From NCBI RefSeq assembly GCF_036321535.1, contig NC_087457.1, positions 33,542,001 through 33,606,000 of the forward strand: a DNA stretch of 64,000 nucleotides, in the 5' to 3' direction. Each line of letters starts with the position of its first letter. Positions within the stretch are counted from its first letter, which is position 1. Under the pieces are notes generated by a model. The model saw nothing but the letters and a program-made list of their open reading frames with translations. It ran no database searches and was not told where the DNA came from. The DNA is from Camelus dromedarius (Eukaryota). The position numbers and the translations under genes are program-made. This document shows positions 27,298-39,634 of this stretch, in pieces.

Positions 27298-27616
27298 CAT
27301 TTTTTTTTTATTGAGAGAGTCAATTTACAGTGTTGTGTTAGTTTCTGATGTAAAGCATAGTGATTTAGTTTTATATATATGTATTTCTTTTCATATTCTT
27401 TTTATTATGGGTTACCGCAAGCTAACCCATATATTATTGAATGTAGTTCCCTGTGTTATACAGTAGGACCTTGTTGCTAATCTATTTTACATATAGTAGT
27501 TAGTATCTGCGAATCCTGAACTCCCAATTTGTCCCTCCCCACCTCCATTTCCGCCTCATAACCGTAAGTTTGTTTTCTATGTCAGCTTCTGTTTTATCAA
27601 TAAGTTCATCTGTATA
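27298..27616 (-). mobile_element. 5'-truncated artiodactyl/camelid L1 with 11-bp TSD
   Basis: Poly-T then tgtagttccctgtgttatacagtaggaccttgttg; TSD tatggcatttc at 27287-27297 and 27617-27627. Confidence 0.9.
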
Positions 27617-28139
27617 TATGGCATTTCTTTGCCTAAACTAGTGAGTTCATTATTCAAAGGAGAGCATTTATTTTCTTTGCTGAGAAACTAGGAAGTCCCA
27701 TTGGACACGTCAGTCTCACTCTGGGACCACGTGTGTTCCACGTGAACTTGGGGGGAGGTTTTAGCAGCCGTTCCTCTACCGCTGATCACTTAGTCCTCAA
27801 GCTGATACCCCAGGCTTGCCAGCGTTAATCCTGCCCAGACGGGTGGAGTGCAGCTACAGGTCAAGTGTCTTCCTGCCTCCGTCAGCATTTTATTGTGCTA
27901 GCTTTGTGCTTTTGTCAGGATTTATCAACAGTTGTGCTCGTATTTCTCAAAACAGGTGATGGGAAAGTGATTTCTAATGGCACGTGACACCTTGTCCCAA
28001 GAAAGCCCACTTGGAAGTGCAGAAGTGCAGGCAACAAATACACACAGTTAATACATACAACACTGTGCAGTTGTCTCACTGAAGATGTATGTCAGAAGCT
28101 GTACCCAGTGTCATTGTTATAAAACTGCACAGAATATTT

Positions 28140-28265
28140 ATCATCAGCATCCCCTCGCTTCAGATGAAGAAACAGAATGAGAGATGTGGACTGATGTGTT
28201 CACATCACATGCTAGTTAGTGGCAAAGCTGGGACCCGACCCCGGGGTCCCTAGATTAGCAGTTGG
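28140..28265 (-). mobile_element. MIR
   Basis: cagatgaagaaacag...cacatgctagttagtggcaaagctggga. Confidence 0.6.
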
Positions 28266-28569
28266 AAATACTTCATTTCATGAAATTCAGCCCAGACACA
28301 AATAACGGCTCATTTGGGTGGTTGAAGATCAATTGATTATCCCCAGATAGTAGTATTTTTTTTTTTTTTGGTAACACAGAAATGGTCTTGGTGTTGACAG
28401 TAGTCAAATTTGTGGAAATGTTTGCCAAGGAATATGAAACATTCGGAGAGTTTTAGCTTGTCATGTTTCAGATGGATGTGGACCCTTTACCACTGATGCC
28501 AGATGATATAGGAACAACATCTCTCTCTCGGACTAGAGGCTTGTAAGTTTAAAGGCAGAGGAACTCAGC

Positions 28570-28750
28570 CATTAAGAGCCAGGCTGTTCGTGTCACTGTA
28601 TTTCGGGCAAGCCCTTCCCTTTCTGCCTCGGTTTCACCGTCTGTAGAATGGAGAGAGAATCGTACCTCACTGGGCTGGTGGGATTACACAAGGTACATAG
28701 ACAGCTCTCAGTGCTCGTCACGTGTTAGAGACGTGGTGCGTGTCAGCAGC
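28570..28750 (+). mobile_element. MIR
   Basis: gggcaagcccttccctttctgcctcggtttcaccgtctgtagaatgg. Confidence 0.65.
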
Positions 28751-29560
28751 TCCAGCGACCTCGGGATTATCCAAGGACTGGGCAGAGCCTTTCCTGATCT
28801 GGGGTTCATTCCTTTTCCTTGGCACCCCAAAATAATAATTTTCACCTTTATTACAGCGCTTCTTTAAGAGGGTCTTTCCGTTTCTGCCCCATGGCGTTAG
28901 GTTTTGTGAGTTTTGTGGGCAGGGATTGTGTCTTACTCTCCAGAGTCCACCGTGCTGTCTGACGGGCAGTAGGAGTTCAAAACCAGCTCCTTCCTTTCAC
29001 AGTCTTTACCCCCAACTTGAGTGGTGTCTCCAGTGCCTCACCTCCCACCCCCACTGCTTCCAATATTTACATATCCAGATACCTGTTACATGATACAAAG
29101 ACAGTAACATGTGAGAATAATTCTGGAAAAGCATGCTAGAAGCTTCGAAGTAATCTCCACCCACCCCCAAGTTCTAACATCTTTGAAAGAAAACGTGGTT
29201 CTACAGAATGACGCCTATAATAGAGTGATTTTTTTTTTTTTTGCCTTTGTTTAGTGTCAGCATTATATTTTTTCAAACTGAGACTGAGAGGAGCATGAAT
29301 GACAAATTACCTTCTGTCGGGGGCTGGAGAAGGCTGACAGTCTCTGCTGCCTGCCTGGTGGAGAGGTTCTTGTATTTTGCAGAAGTGTCTGGGACCACCG
29401 AGCTGTCAAACTGGGGAGGATTTCACTGGACAAGGTTTGGATAAGAGCCGTCTAGCAAAGTAAATCCCAGACAAATTTCAGTATTTTAAAGAATTGCTCC
29501 CCAAATTTGAATTAATACTTTTTTCTTACCATTGGGATTAGAGTTGTAGAGCGAATTAAT

Positions 29561-29951
29561 TTATTAGAGCCACTGTAGCAGAGGACCTCAGCCTGGGTGG
29601 CTCAAAATACAGACATTTATTTTCTCACAATTCTGAAGGCTGAAAGTCGAATACGAGGGTGCTGGCGGGTTGGTTCCCCCGAGGCCTCTCCCCTTGGCTT
29701 GCAGACGGCCGCCTTCTGTGTCCTCATGTGGTCTTTTCTCTGCACAGGTATCCCTGGTGTCTACTTCTGTGTCCATAACTCCTCCTCTTGTAAGGACACC
29801 AGTCAGACTAGAGTGGGAGACCCCGCAGAGACCTCATTTTAACTTACCCGCCTCGCTGAAGGTCCCATCTCCAAATACCATCACATTCTGAGATACTGGA
29901 CGTTAAGGCTTCAACGTATGAATTGAAGGGGAACACGGTTCAGCTCATAAC
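29561..29951 (-). mobile_element. MaLR solo LTR (MLT1A/B/C-like), near full length
   Basis: ctgggtggctcaaaatacagacatttattttctcacaattctgaaggc...cttgtaaggacaccagtca...ctccaaataccatcacattctgagatactgg...cagctcataac. Confidence 0.9.
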
Positions 29952-30199
29952 CTAGTTTTCTAGGTACAATTAAAATTGTATTAATCTTACAATAACAGAC
30001 AATAATACTGTGCACAGGAATCTTGGCAATTTTGGAGGGTTTTGGTAGCTTTTTGTGCAGTTTTCTACAACATGTGTTGATGCAAAAATTTTGACAAGTG
30101 ACTCTTATTTCAGTGAATGAAGAGGATGTAAGATACATAAGTAGGTCCTCACCCTCATCAGTCATCTTTTAGCTGAGTAGAAGCTAGTATATAAATTTA

Positions 30200-31050
30200 A
30201 GACGTAAAATATGTGCCACGTGTGGAGCATAGACACACTTGTCATATTTCAGGAAAAGGAAAGAGTTATTCCATCCAGGTGAGAATGGAGACTGGAGAGA
30301 GATGTACAGTTTGATTTGGGTCTTAATAGGTGGTAATATTTGAGTGTGTGCTTTAAGAAAAAAGACATGTGGAATAAAAGCAAGAAACCTACAGCAGGAT
30401 TAAAAACCAAGAGAATATTTGCAGAGAAGGAAAAGTGTGTAGCTTACTTTGGCTAGGGGGAGTTTGCAGGGAGGCCCACTGAGAGCTCCCAGTGGACTCA
30501 GACTGGGGATGACTTGGGTTCTCAGGGGAAGGAGTTTGAATGGAAGTTGGTGTATGAAGTTATTCAGGACTTCTGGTAAGAAAATTGTGGAAAACAGGCT
30601 TAACAATTAGATTTTGGGAACCTGACTGTAGTGCAGATTGGAGATGGACCACAAAACCGAGGCAGAGCGAAGCCTTGGTGGGTCTTAATACTTCTCAGCA
30701 TGCTAGTTAAAGCTTGACCAGCATTAGCGACCAAGTGAACGGGGAGCATGAGATAAAAGTTGGGCACCTGTCAGGAGCAGTTACGTGAGCATCTCTAAGT
30801 GGATGCGTATGCTGAGAGAGGAAGGGAGAAGCCAAAGAGAAGTTCCACTTCACGCTTGCAGACCGGGAGGAGGAGCTACGTGCTAGGTGTGTCATTACAG
30901 AGCCCTGCGGCATCTGCGGACAACACCGGAGTGACGCAGTGGGCAGGATGGAGAGGAGGGACTGGAAGGGAGCGCTGAGGTTTTGACACTCGTCTTCTCT
31001 TTGTAGCCCATATCCTGAGGCAGAAGTTGACCCAGAAAAGAGTTTGAGAA
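30200..31050 (-). mobile_element. L2 fragments, degraded
   Basis: Purine-rich L2-like text (gatttgggtcttaatagg; agattttgggaacctgactgtag; gggactggaagggagc). Confidence 0.45.
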
Positions 31051-32094
31051 ACATTTCATACTCTATTTCAGAGTCGTAGCCATTTCAGTTTTGATAAATA
31101 GGATCCTAAACCCTTATAAGGAAGAAGCCAGAATAAAAACGTCTTAAAATATTGTAGATTAAATGACCAACAACAAAACCTTTTGTATCCAAGTTCTCAA
31201 TTTAGGGCAAGAGCCAGGTAGCTTTTCCCTACCTCAGTTTTATTAAGCAACATTCTCAGTGATTTAACAATTTATATTTATCGTGCACTTATGGTTTATC
31301 AACTCACCTTTTTCATAGTCTCTTAACTCTAGAAGGCAGTGTAATGTCAGAAAAATGAAGTTTGCTAAATATCACATTAACTCATTTCACAAGCTATGTC
31401 CTAATGTTTCCATGCAGTTTTAAAGATGACTTGTTTGGATGCCGGTTAAAAATGTAATCCCATCATAAGGGAAATGATTTTTGTATAGAAGGGACACTTC
31501 AAAAACAGCACTGCTGATCCATGGAATTAGTGAAAGAAATTTGGAAGTCCGTGTAGTCTAAAAATGTCTCAAAAGGTGTATTTTACACACCACATATGGA
31601 TACTACCTTCCAGAAATACTGCATGTGAAAACGTGATGCAGTATTTAACGTCTGGTGACTTACAGCCCTGGCAAAGCTCAAGTGCAGAAACACTGAGAAG
31701 TAATTCAAATCGCATGCTAATTCACAGGAAATCCATTTTTAGCTTCTTCCAAAGAATACACTAAGCTAAAGGTCATCGTGTAACATTTCTTCAATGAAAA
31801 AAAGTGCCAAACGTTCATTCTGGCACCTGATACTGCTGATAAAGGACAGTGGTATCAGAGAAGGGAGCGGGTACTTACTTATTTTGGCTGAATTTAGAAT
31901 TGAAGCCAGATTTATATTTTTTCTTAGTGAACAAATAAAGCTTTCTGTAGTCCATATGAATTTTTAGATGCAAATATTATTTTAAAACAGGAAATTTGGA
32001 ACTGACAGTTATGCATTTGAAATTCACTTATACACTCATTTATATACTCTGTATTATATATAGATATTAGTATGTGATTTATATCTTCTAACTA

Positions 32095-32240
32095 AGTTAG
32101 TAACCTGAGACAAATAACTTTTTGGAGCCTCTATTTCCGTATCTGCAAAATGGGAATGAAAATAATTGCTTCCTTAAACTATTGCAAAGATGAAGTGATA
32201 GGGTTTGTGTTGACTGTCTAACTCATGTGCTGGCATCAGG
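32095..32240 (+). mobile_element. MIR
   Basis: acctgagacaaataactttttggagcctctatttccgtatctgcaaaatgggaatgaaaataat. Confidence 0.7.
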
Positions 32241-33103
32241 GAAGGGTCGCTGTTTCCATCTTTATTTATAGGTGCAGAGAAAACTTGTGGTCTAGAGAGA
32301 CTGTAATGTGCATTCTCTAAGTGGTAGGGTCAGAGATTGAGCTCAGAACCAGTGGGACTGGAGAAGTACAAGAACACTGAGCAAATTGAGGTACCAAATA
32401 CTTGGAAAAGACCCCCAAATGGAACCATTTCTTATTAGAGGTGACACCAGAACCATCAAATACCTGAACCAAATGACCATGTGACAGGCTCTTGGTCGTT
32501 TTATAGAAGGTTGACTGATAACATAGCAGAAACCTTTTTCAGCGTTACTGGAAACAGGACATAACTGACAGCTATGTTTCTGTTTGGTGATGAGATTCAC
32601 ATGAGAAGCCATGACGTTGGGCATGGTATCTGGGCTGTGAGTACAGATGTTGAAGGCAAATGAGTCTGTCAAGGAGAGTTAGTGAACTTACGGCTTTTCT
32701 CACGAAGAGAATAATGAGAAAATACGCATCCGAATCCTGTGTGGTGTGCCCACACGGTGTGGAAGCCCTGCCCTTGGGGAGCCGCTCCCAGCTCTGCTGA
32801 GTGGATGTGGCCTGGAAAGCCCTGGCCCGCGGGCTCAAGCCCAGGTCGCTCTTCTCTGCAGTTGCTTCATGGCTTTGCTTAAAGATCAGTGCCTTTGTCT
32901 CAACACAACCTGATTGAGCCCTGAAGCAAGAATAGAAGGAATGCAAATCAATACCAAGTTTGAGATGCTCCAAAACAGTATGAGATGCTGGTTCAGGAGA
33001 AGCCCAGAGCCACAAAATCTTCAGCAGAATCTGAACACTGAGTTTTTTAATCAGTAAATTGAAAATATTCAGGATCAGAAAACTGATTCTGGAACATAGT
33101 AAG

Positions 33104-33278
33104 NNNNNNNNNNNNNNNNNNNNNNNNNNNNNNNNNNNNNNNNNNNNNNNNNNNNNNNNNNNNNNNNNNNNNNNNNNNNNNNNNNNNNNNNNNNNNNNNN
33201 NNNNNNNNNNNNNNNNNNNNNNNNNNNNNNNNNNNNNNNNNNNNNNNNNNNNNNNNNNNNNNNNNNNNNNNNNNNNNN
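33104..33278. other. Assembly gap (175 N)
   Basis: Run of N. Confidence 1.
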
Positions 33279-33679
33279 CGGAAGAAAGTACAAACAATAT
33301 TACATTGTCCTCCAGAAACAGGACAGACTTTCCTAACACAATATTCTTTTCAAAGAAACATTCATTAAGTTATGTCACCAGCAACATTCATAAAGGTACA
33401 AGCAAGGCACTGTACAGAGCACTTTATTTTTCAAAACTTTCTGCTACATTCGTGATAACTTGCCTTTATGTCAAACATCTTTTAATAAGTTATTTTCCCT
33501 TGAATTACAATCTTTAAATAAGTTTTTTTGAAAAGTACAAGAGGACTGGAGTATATTAAAATGATACTTATGAACAAATGCATTTAAAAATAAGTCACTA
33601 ATCTTCATGGAACTCTATTTGGTCACCAAGTCTGGTTCAGGTAACCCATTCCTGGGTTCCTTAAGCTGTTATCAAAAAG

Positions 33680-34150
33680 CTTTTGCTATATTAAGAAAAA
33701 TGCAAAATGAAACTGACATGCCGTTTCTCATCGGTCTGACTGGCAAAAAAGCACAGAGGTTGACAACATGCTTCATTGAGATTTTGGAAAAGCCGGCTCG
33801 TGCACTCAGACGTTGTGGGGAGTGATAACTGCTGTGCCCCTGTGAAAGGACACTTGGCAACACCCAGTGCAGTCGCACAGGCATTGTGCTCTGCACAGCA
33901 AGCGAAGTTCTAGGAATCTAAAGCAAAACACGTACCGATGAACGTAAAGCTGGTACACACTCAGTGCTTTTCATTCCAGCACTGCTGATGGCGGTAAAAC
34001 ATAAATAACCTGCTCATGTTCTAAGTACCCACCTGCAGAGCCAGTGAACCTGCTCCCACAATGAAGGGCTGTCTGTGGAAAGCAGCCCTTTGGCCCTTTG
34101 CACAATGCTTCCTTGTGGGTGCACTGAAACTCAACAAGAGACTACTTTTT
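33680..34150 (+). mobile_element. L1ME-type ORF2 3' remnant
   Basis: aatgcaaaatgaaactgacatgccgtttctcatcggtctgactggcaaaaaag...ttggcaacacccagtg...ttctaggaatct resembles degraded L1M ORF2 end. Confidence 0.5.
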
Positions 34151-34384
34151 ATAGCATGCTGCTATAGAAAGGAGGGTGGAGTGCCCTGTTTATCATATTT
34201 TAATATTTAAGGTTTGTCATCAAGAAAGACAAGATGGGAACGACGTACATGGGATGAAACTACACATCGATCAAGGGCAAGGGGACCTAAATCCGATGGA
34301 GGTTAACACTGAAAGGATAAATCAAAACAAAAATACTGTGAAGATGGGACTTGAGCATCTGTGATTTTGGTATCCGAGGAGTTT

Positions 34385-34735
34385 CGTGGAGTCAATACCA
34401 AGGAACTTGTATGCAACTTTTTGACTGCCTGAGGGGTGGGGTGAAAGAAGCCAGTCCTAGAATGCCACGTACTGTTTGGTTCCACTGGAGTGTCCAGAAC
34501 TGGCAAATCCCAAGAGAGAAAGTAGACTGTGATTGCCAAGGCTTGGGGGGAGGAGCAGGTGGACAGTGACTCGAACGGACATGGGACTCCTTCTGGGGTG
34601 GTGAACGTTTCTGAAGAGAGATGCTGGCCAATGGCTGTAAAGCTCTGTGCATACACTGAAAATTACCAAATGGTCCTTTGGAAGAGAGAATTCTGTGGCA
34701 TGGGAATTATCGCAATAAAACTGCCATAAAAAGTG
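34385..34735 (+). mobile_element. L1MB-type 3' UTR
   Basis: gaaagaagccagtcctagaatgccacgtactgtttggttccac...gtccagaactggcaaatccc...gaattatcgcaataaaactgccataaaaa. Confidence 0.8.
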
Positions 34736-34939
34736 TCTAAAAGAAGAGCTAAACGTGAGAAGTGGTACCGTGGGCTTTGGGGATACGATCAATTGTGAAG
34801 TACAGACCTGAATAATTTTAGATACAATTATGAGAGCCATTGACTGCAGGGGGAACGGCGGGTAACAGACAAACTGTGTTGGGTTAGAAGCAGGAAGGTG
34901 TGCCGTTTTAGTCACGAGCCTGTGTCTTCCAGGTGAAGA

Positions 34940-36270
34940 GTGTGCTAGAGGTGCGTCCGGGATCTCAGACTTACAGGCATTCCGCCTTAGAAGCAACAGG
35001 ACTGACGGGCGGAGCACAGGCAGACTGCAAGGCAGGGACACTCTGCGCGACGCCGCGGCGGCGGTGCTTGTCCGTTCCCCCAGACCCGTGGAAAGGCCGA
35101 GACCGCGCGCGGGCCGCGGCGGCGCCAGCCGTGGGAAGCGGGCCGGGGCGCGCGCGTCTGGGCTGTGTCTCCCGCTCAGGTTTTCCTGTGCACCTAGAAC
35201 TGCTCCGAAATGAATGCAACTTAAACCAGTAAACGGTAGGACTTGGAAAGCAGCTCGGAGGCCAGTACGTCCGTAAGAGAAGCGTGTTCCCACGTCTGCC
35301 TGGAGGAAGGCGGGCCAGGCTCGGCCTGGCGGAGCTTCGCGCCCGATGACGCCGCTTCTGTCCCGACGCCGGGCCCGCCGCGTGGCGAGGGGAGGCGCCC
35401 CGCGGGCCTGCGGGCGCTGGAGCGCGGGTGGGCGGCCGTTGGCGGAATCAAGGCGGGCGCCCAGGGCTCAGGCCGAGACCCTGCGCTTGCCCGTTGGCGG
35501 GATGTTGGTGGCAGAGCCTGCCTCCTGCAGCTCTCGAAGAAATGACCTGAATACATTCCACAGCACATCTGGTTTGGTTATTTTTGTTGTTTTAATTAAT
35601 GGATTGTCACACAGCCTATAAGGGGAACCATCTATCAGTGTGGCTATAAATGGCAGATCAGCAGTTGCCGCGCAGCACGTGTCCGGGGACAGGCCTGGCG
35701 CAGACCCTCGGGCCCGCGCGCGAAGGCCGGTCGGGCGTGCTTCCCTGCCTGAGGCGATGCTGGCCGCTTCCTCCAGCTCTGTAGTCCATGGTCCGAAATA
35801 ACATTTTCGTGTCTCGGGGTCAGCCTCCCACGAGAGGCGCAGAGCTGCGGGCACCAGGAACCTGGACCCTGCACCTCGAGGTCAGAGGACGCGGTTCACT
35901 CCTGGGAAGCCCTTTCCTGGTGCGCTTCTCGCTTGGTTCAGCCGCAGTTTCAGCGCCGCGGGGTCGCATGGAGCTCGCTTCGCGGGTTTACACGGGGGCC
36001 GTGGGGACAGGAGGGCCCTGGAAGCTCTGTGATTGTCACCACTGTGTTTCCATTTGAACGGGCTGATGGAACACGAAGCAACGTGACAAGAGCAGCAGCA
36101 GGGGAGCTGTAGACGCACCGCCTGCGTGAGGGCTCCGGGGCCTCCGCAGCCTGCGCCCCAGCGCTTCCCGCAGCGCCAGCCCACAAGCCGCCGGGGTGGG
36201 GCTGCTCTGCGCTGTGAGGCGCTTGTAAGTCCGCCAGTTAGGACTGCAGAGCACTCCATGGGACACGCTT
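34940..36270. promoter_or_regulatory. CpG island 1, candidate (possibly bidirectional) promoter
   Basis: ~1.3 kb of dense CpG; GC boxes; TTGGCGG(G/A)A E2F-like sites at 35439 and 35494; TATAAAT 35645-35651; minus donor at 34974/34975 and plus donor at 36224/36225. Confidence 0.75.
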
Positions 36271-36449
36271 AGGCTAAGTGCTGTTTGTTGTTTATTTGGA
36301 TTTCAAATAGGATTGGACGTCCTGCTTTGTTTTCTTTGTTTTTCTTTTTTTTGTTAAATCTGACAGCTCTGCCTCAAAGAGCTTTTCTTACATAAGTTAA
36401 ATGGGCCATGTCAAAAATGATGACTAAGCATTCTGAAATAGTTCTTCAT

Positions 36450-36812
36450 TATTTTAAAAATAATAGTAATAAGTGTTGAGTATCAATAGCATATTGATAT
36501 TAATAACATATTTTTAAAGAAAATAACTCTTTTCCAAAACAAACAATTAAGGAGTGGTACTGATTTACATTGGACAACATTGTTAACGTCTATTTTAATA
36601 GAAGGTATCTAGATTCTCCTAACTTTCTCATTGAATCTGCAGTGTGGTGCATCATGTAGCTTTTGGAAACCTGCGTTATGTGCTGATTAGAGAGTGACAA
36701 AGGGACAAAGAACATCTTAATATTGTTATGACAGTCGTGACTTCACAGACCGCTGAAAGTAACTCGGGGTTCCCCCTAGGGTACCCAGACCCTGCTTTGA
36801 AGAATCGCTGTA
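36450..36812. mobile_element. hAT-Charlie (Charlie1-related) DNA transposon remnant
   Basis: ttttccaaaacaaac...ttaatagaaggtatctagattctcc...gacttcacagaccgctgaaagtaactcggggttccccctagggtacccagaccctgctttgaagaatcgctg matches a recalled Charlie1-family terminus. Confidence 0.55.
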
Positions 36813-37095
36813 TCTTGGCTTCAAGTTTTTGTTGATGTTAGTACTTTATTCTCTGATCAACTTTTCAGTGCAGTTTTTAGTATATTTTCTCACATCTGCC
36901 ATCACAACTATAATGATGTTACAAAAAACATCATTAATAAGTCCCGCAAAGACCTGAGGGAAGTACAGTGCATTCGCTGGGGTGTTCTGTCTGACTCATT
37001 GAACTAAAGTTGACTGCCTGTCCCAGACAAACTTCATGACATTTTTTGGTACTATTCCTTTTTTTAGAACTCTTCTTGGAAGGTAAAATTTTTCA

Positions 37096-37129
<34 letters not shown>
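37096..37129. repeat. Interrupted (TG)n microsatellite
   Basis: Directly visible. Confidence 0.9.
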
Positions 37130-38433
37130 TATCTACAGACACAACAATATCCTCACTTAACAAAGTATTTTTATGTCTGTGGTAGATAGGGTACTTGTCC
37201 CCAGGGGTTCTTTTATCTTCCACCTACTCGTGGGACAGACACGGCTCTTGAAATAAGCATCTCTGCCTTCCTCGATCCTGCCTTCTTCATTCTTGTAACA
37301 GACGCAGTTACTCACAAGTCTGTCTCCAGGAAGGAGCGCTGTGGAGGTCTACATTGTGTCTTATCACTGAAGGTCAAATTTAAAATTGGAGACGGGAGCC
37401 ACAAACAAGGAGGCGAAGTTCCAGCACAGTGGCATTGGCCTGTCCCCGTGCATTTGAGGCAGTTCAGAAATCATCTTCAAGGGGGTGCAGGTCAGAACCA
37501 GGATCTAAGGTGTTCAGCAATTCAAACACATGCTTCCAACTTAGTGGGAAAAGCTCTGGGCTTGTGTGCATATTCTCCAAAGCATTTACACAGTCACACC
37601 GGCGTCTTAAATTGGGAGCAATGCAGACTGAAGAGAATTAGAATGACCAGACTGATGGGGCCACAGTTACCCCACTCGGGAAGCAACCGGTCACTGGTGG
37701 ATCTGCTTTGATAGAGCTAGGAGCTCACAGGATCCAGCAAGATAATGGATTGAGGCAACAAGTCAATCTTTCCACCCGTGTGTGTGACTGTCCAGGACTG
37801 GTCAGCAAGAACAGCCGTGACTAGGTGTGTCCGAAGCCATTAGTGTGATGCCTGTCACTATCAGTGCCCCCCCGGGACAGCAGGTGCGTGCATTCCCACG
37901 TTCTCCTGTGTCCTGGGAGTGTTAGAATCTTATCTGTGCTTCTGGGATCTTTTGCAGCAACAGGGGAGCCAACCAGCATCTTAAGCAAAAGATGCATCTC
38001 TGTACAAAGGAAAACTTATCTTTCTAAACACCTGCTGGTACAGATAATCTGTGTTTTGGAAAAGTGGTATTCATTCCTTATGTCTTGACACTGATAACTC
38101 CCCAGTTGTGCAAACAAAATCTTCCAGGAAGAGAGTTAGGGGTTATTGCATGGCTTGAAAGTAAGTTGCGGAAACAGGCATCATCTTGACAGTATTAAAA
38201 CAAATAGAACTGTTTCAGTCAGATTGTATTGTTTTGGATAAAATGGTAGGGGAAGATCTATGTGACAAAATAGACAGATGTAGAGTTCACTCTGATCATT
38301 AATGCGAAGCAAAAGAATGCCAATACTAATCGTTCATAAAATTGTAGGAAGTGAAATGGTTCAAACAACTGAATATGATTCGGGAAACATCCAGTAAGAA
38401 TTATGTATGTGCTTAAGTCATCAGATAACTTAC

Positions 38434-38497
38434 CTTTCTTGAAAGAGATTTAGAGTGAAATCAAGTTAGACTTCTCTGAGAGACGTCTGGCTTGGGT
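38434..38497 (-). other. Candidate 64-nt non-coding exon (minus strand)
   Basis: Minus strand: ccatctttgtccttccttgtgtgtctag | ACCCAAGCC...TTCAAGAAAG | gtaagt; stops in all frames. Confidence 0.35.
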
Positions 38498-39261
38498 CTA
38501 GACACACAAGGAAGGACAAAGATGGGTGTGAGGTTCTGCAGCTCAGCGGCTCCAGGAGGACTCTGTAGGCAGGAGGAGGCAGAAGGACTGTCCACAGCTG
38601 GGCTGGGGCCCCTTTCCTAAAAGTCGGGGTTGTCCAACGTGATGAAGCTTTGTTTGATCAACTGCAGTCTTCTGGAATCAGGTCTAATTGTGCTTTGTCT
38701 CCTTGAAAAAAAAAAAGTCTATCAAATTTATTCCGCAGGGTTACAGCACTTTGATAGAAAAATGTAACCCCTGGTAACATAACCTGTTATTCATCAACTC
38801 TGAAACCCAATTTAACCAGTTACAACAAACCTAGTCTTTGTGGTTTTTCTGTTGCTGCTAGGCTGTTCTTGCTGCATGAAGCGTAGATATTTTTGCTTTT
38901 TATCCTCAGGAGTGATGTCAGGTTGGCATAACACATGTGACAGATGCCCGTTCACGTTTGTACCAGTTGTTTCCCGGTGGAACACACGGTATTTCAGTTA
39001 TTTTGCTCATTGTCCTGCCTTACTCTTCAGTGCGTACTCACAAAAGTTACTTGATGAGAAATACCATCAGGCATGTATTGTGTGATGATTAAGTACGAGG
39101 CGTCGGGCGTCCGGGAGGAGGCTGTGATTCCTGTTTTAAGGAGATGATCTCATTCTTCATGATGACAGTCTGTTGAATATTCAGTTATTTTGCAGAAGTA
39201 TTTCTGATATTAAACATCACATTGTGTATTAGGTATAGCTTGGTACTTAGGATGTTTTCTT

Positions 39262-39634
39262 ATTTTTTTTAGCATTTTTAATTGATATAATAATTTTACA
39301 ATGTGTCAAATTCCAGTGTAGAGCACAATTTTTCAGTTATACACGAACATATATATATGTCACATTTTTTTCTCTGTGAGCTACCATAAGATCTTGTATA
39401 TACTTCCCTGTGCTAGACAGTACAATCTTGTTTATCTATTCTACAATTTTGAAATCCCGTCTGTCCCTTCCCACCCTCCGCCCCCTTGGCAACCACAAAT
39501 TTGTATTCTATGTCTTTGAGTCTGTTTCTGTTTTGTATTTGTTTGTTTGTTTGCTTGTTTAGAATGTCATTCTAAGTGAAGTAAGCCAGAAAGAAAAATA
39601 CCACACGAGATAGCTCATGTGTGGAGTCTAAGAG
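39262..39634 (-). mobile_element. 5'-truncated, 5'-inverted camelid L1 with TSD
   Basis: Poly-T + antisense 3' end (to ~39560) then sense segment agaatgtcattctaagtgaagtaagccag...tgtggagtctaa; TSD gttttctt at 39254-39261 and 39635-39642. Confidence 0.85.

Noticed and set aside
32572-33517. ORFs of 255, 152 and 72 aa containing X runs
   Set aside because: Artefacts of translating through the N gap.
34457-35293. Longest ORF (278 aa, minus)
   Set aside because: Runs through the CpG island and an L1MB 3' UTR; Arg/Pro/Ala-rich, no recognisable domain. Long frames are expected in GC-rich DNA.
35788-36057. 89-aa ORF downstream of the TATA box (MVRNNIFVSRG...)
   Set aside because: Position fits a first exon, but the peptide is unrecognisable and typical of CpG-island chance frames; not called as CDS.
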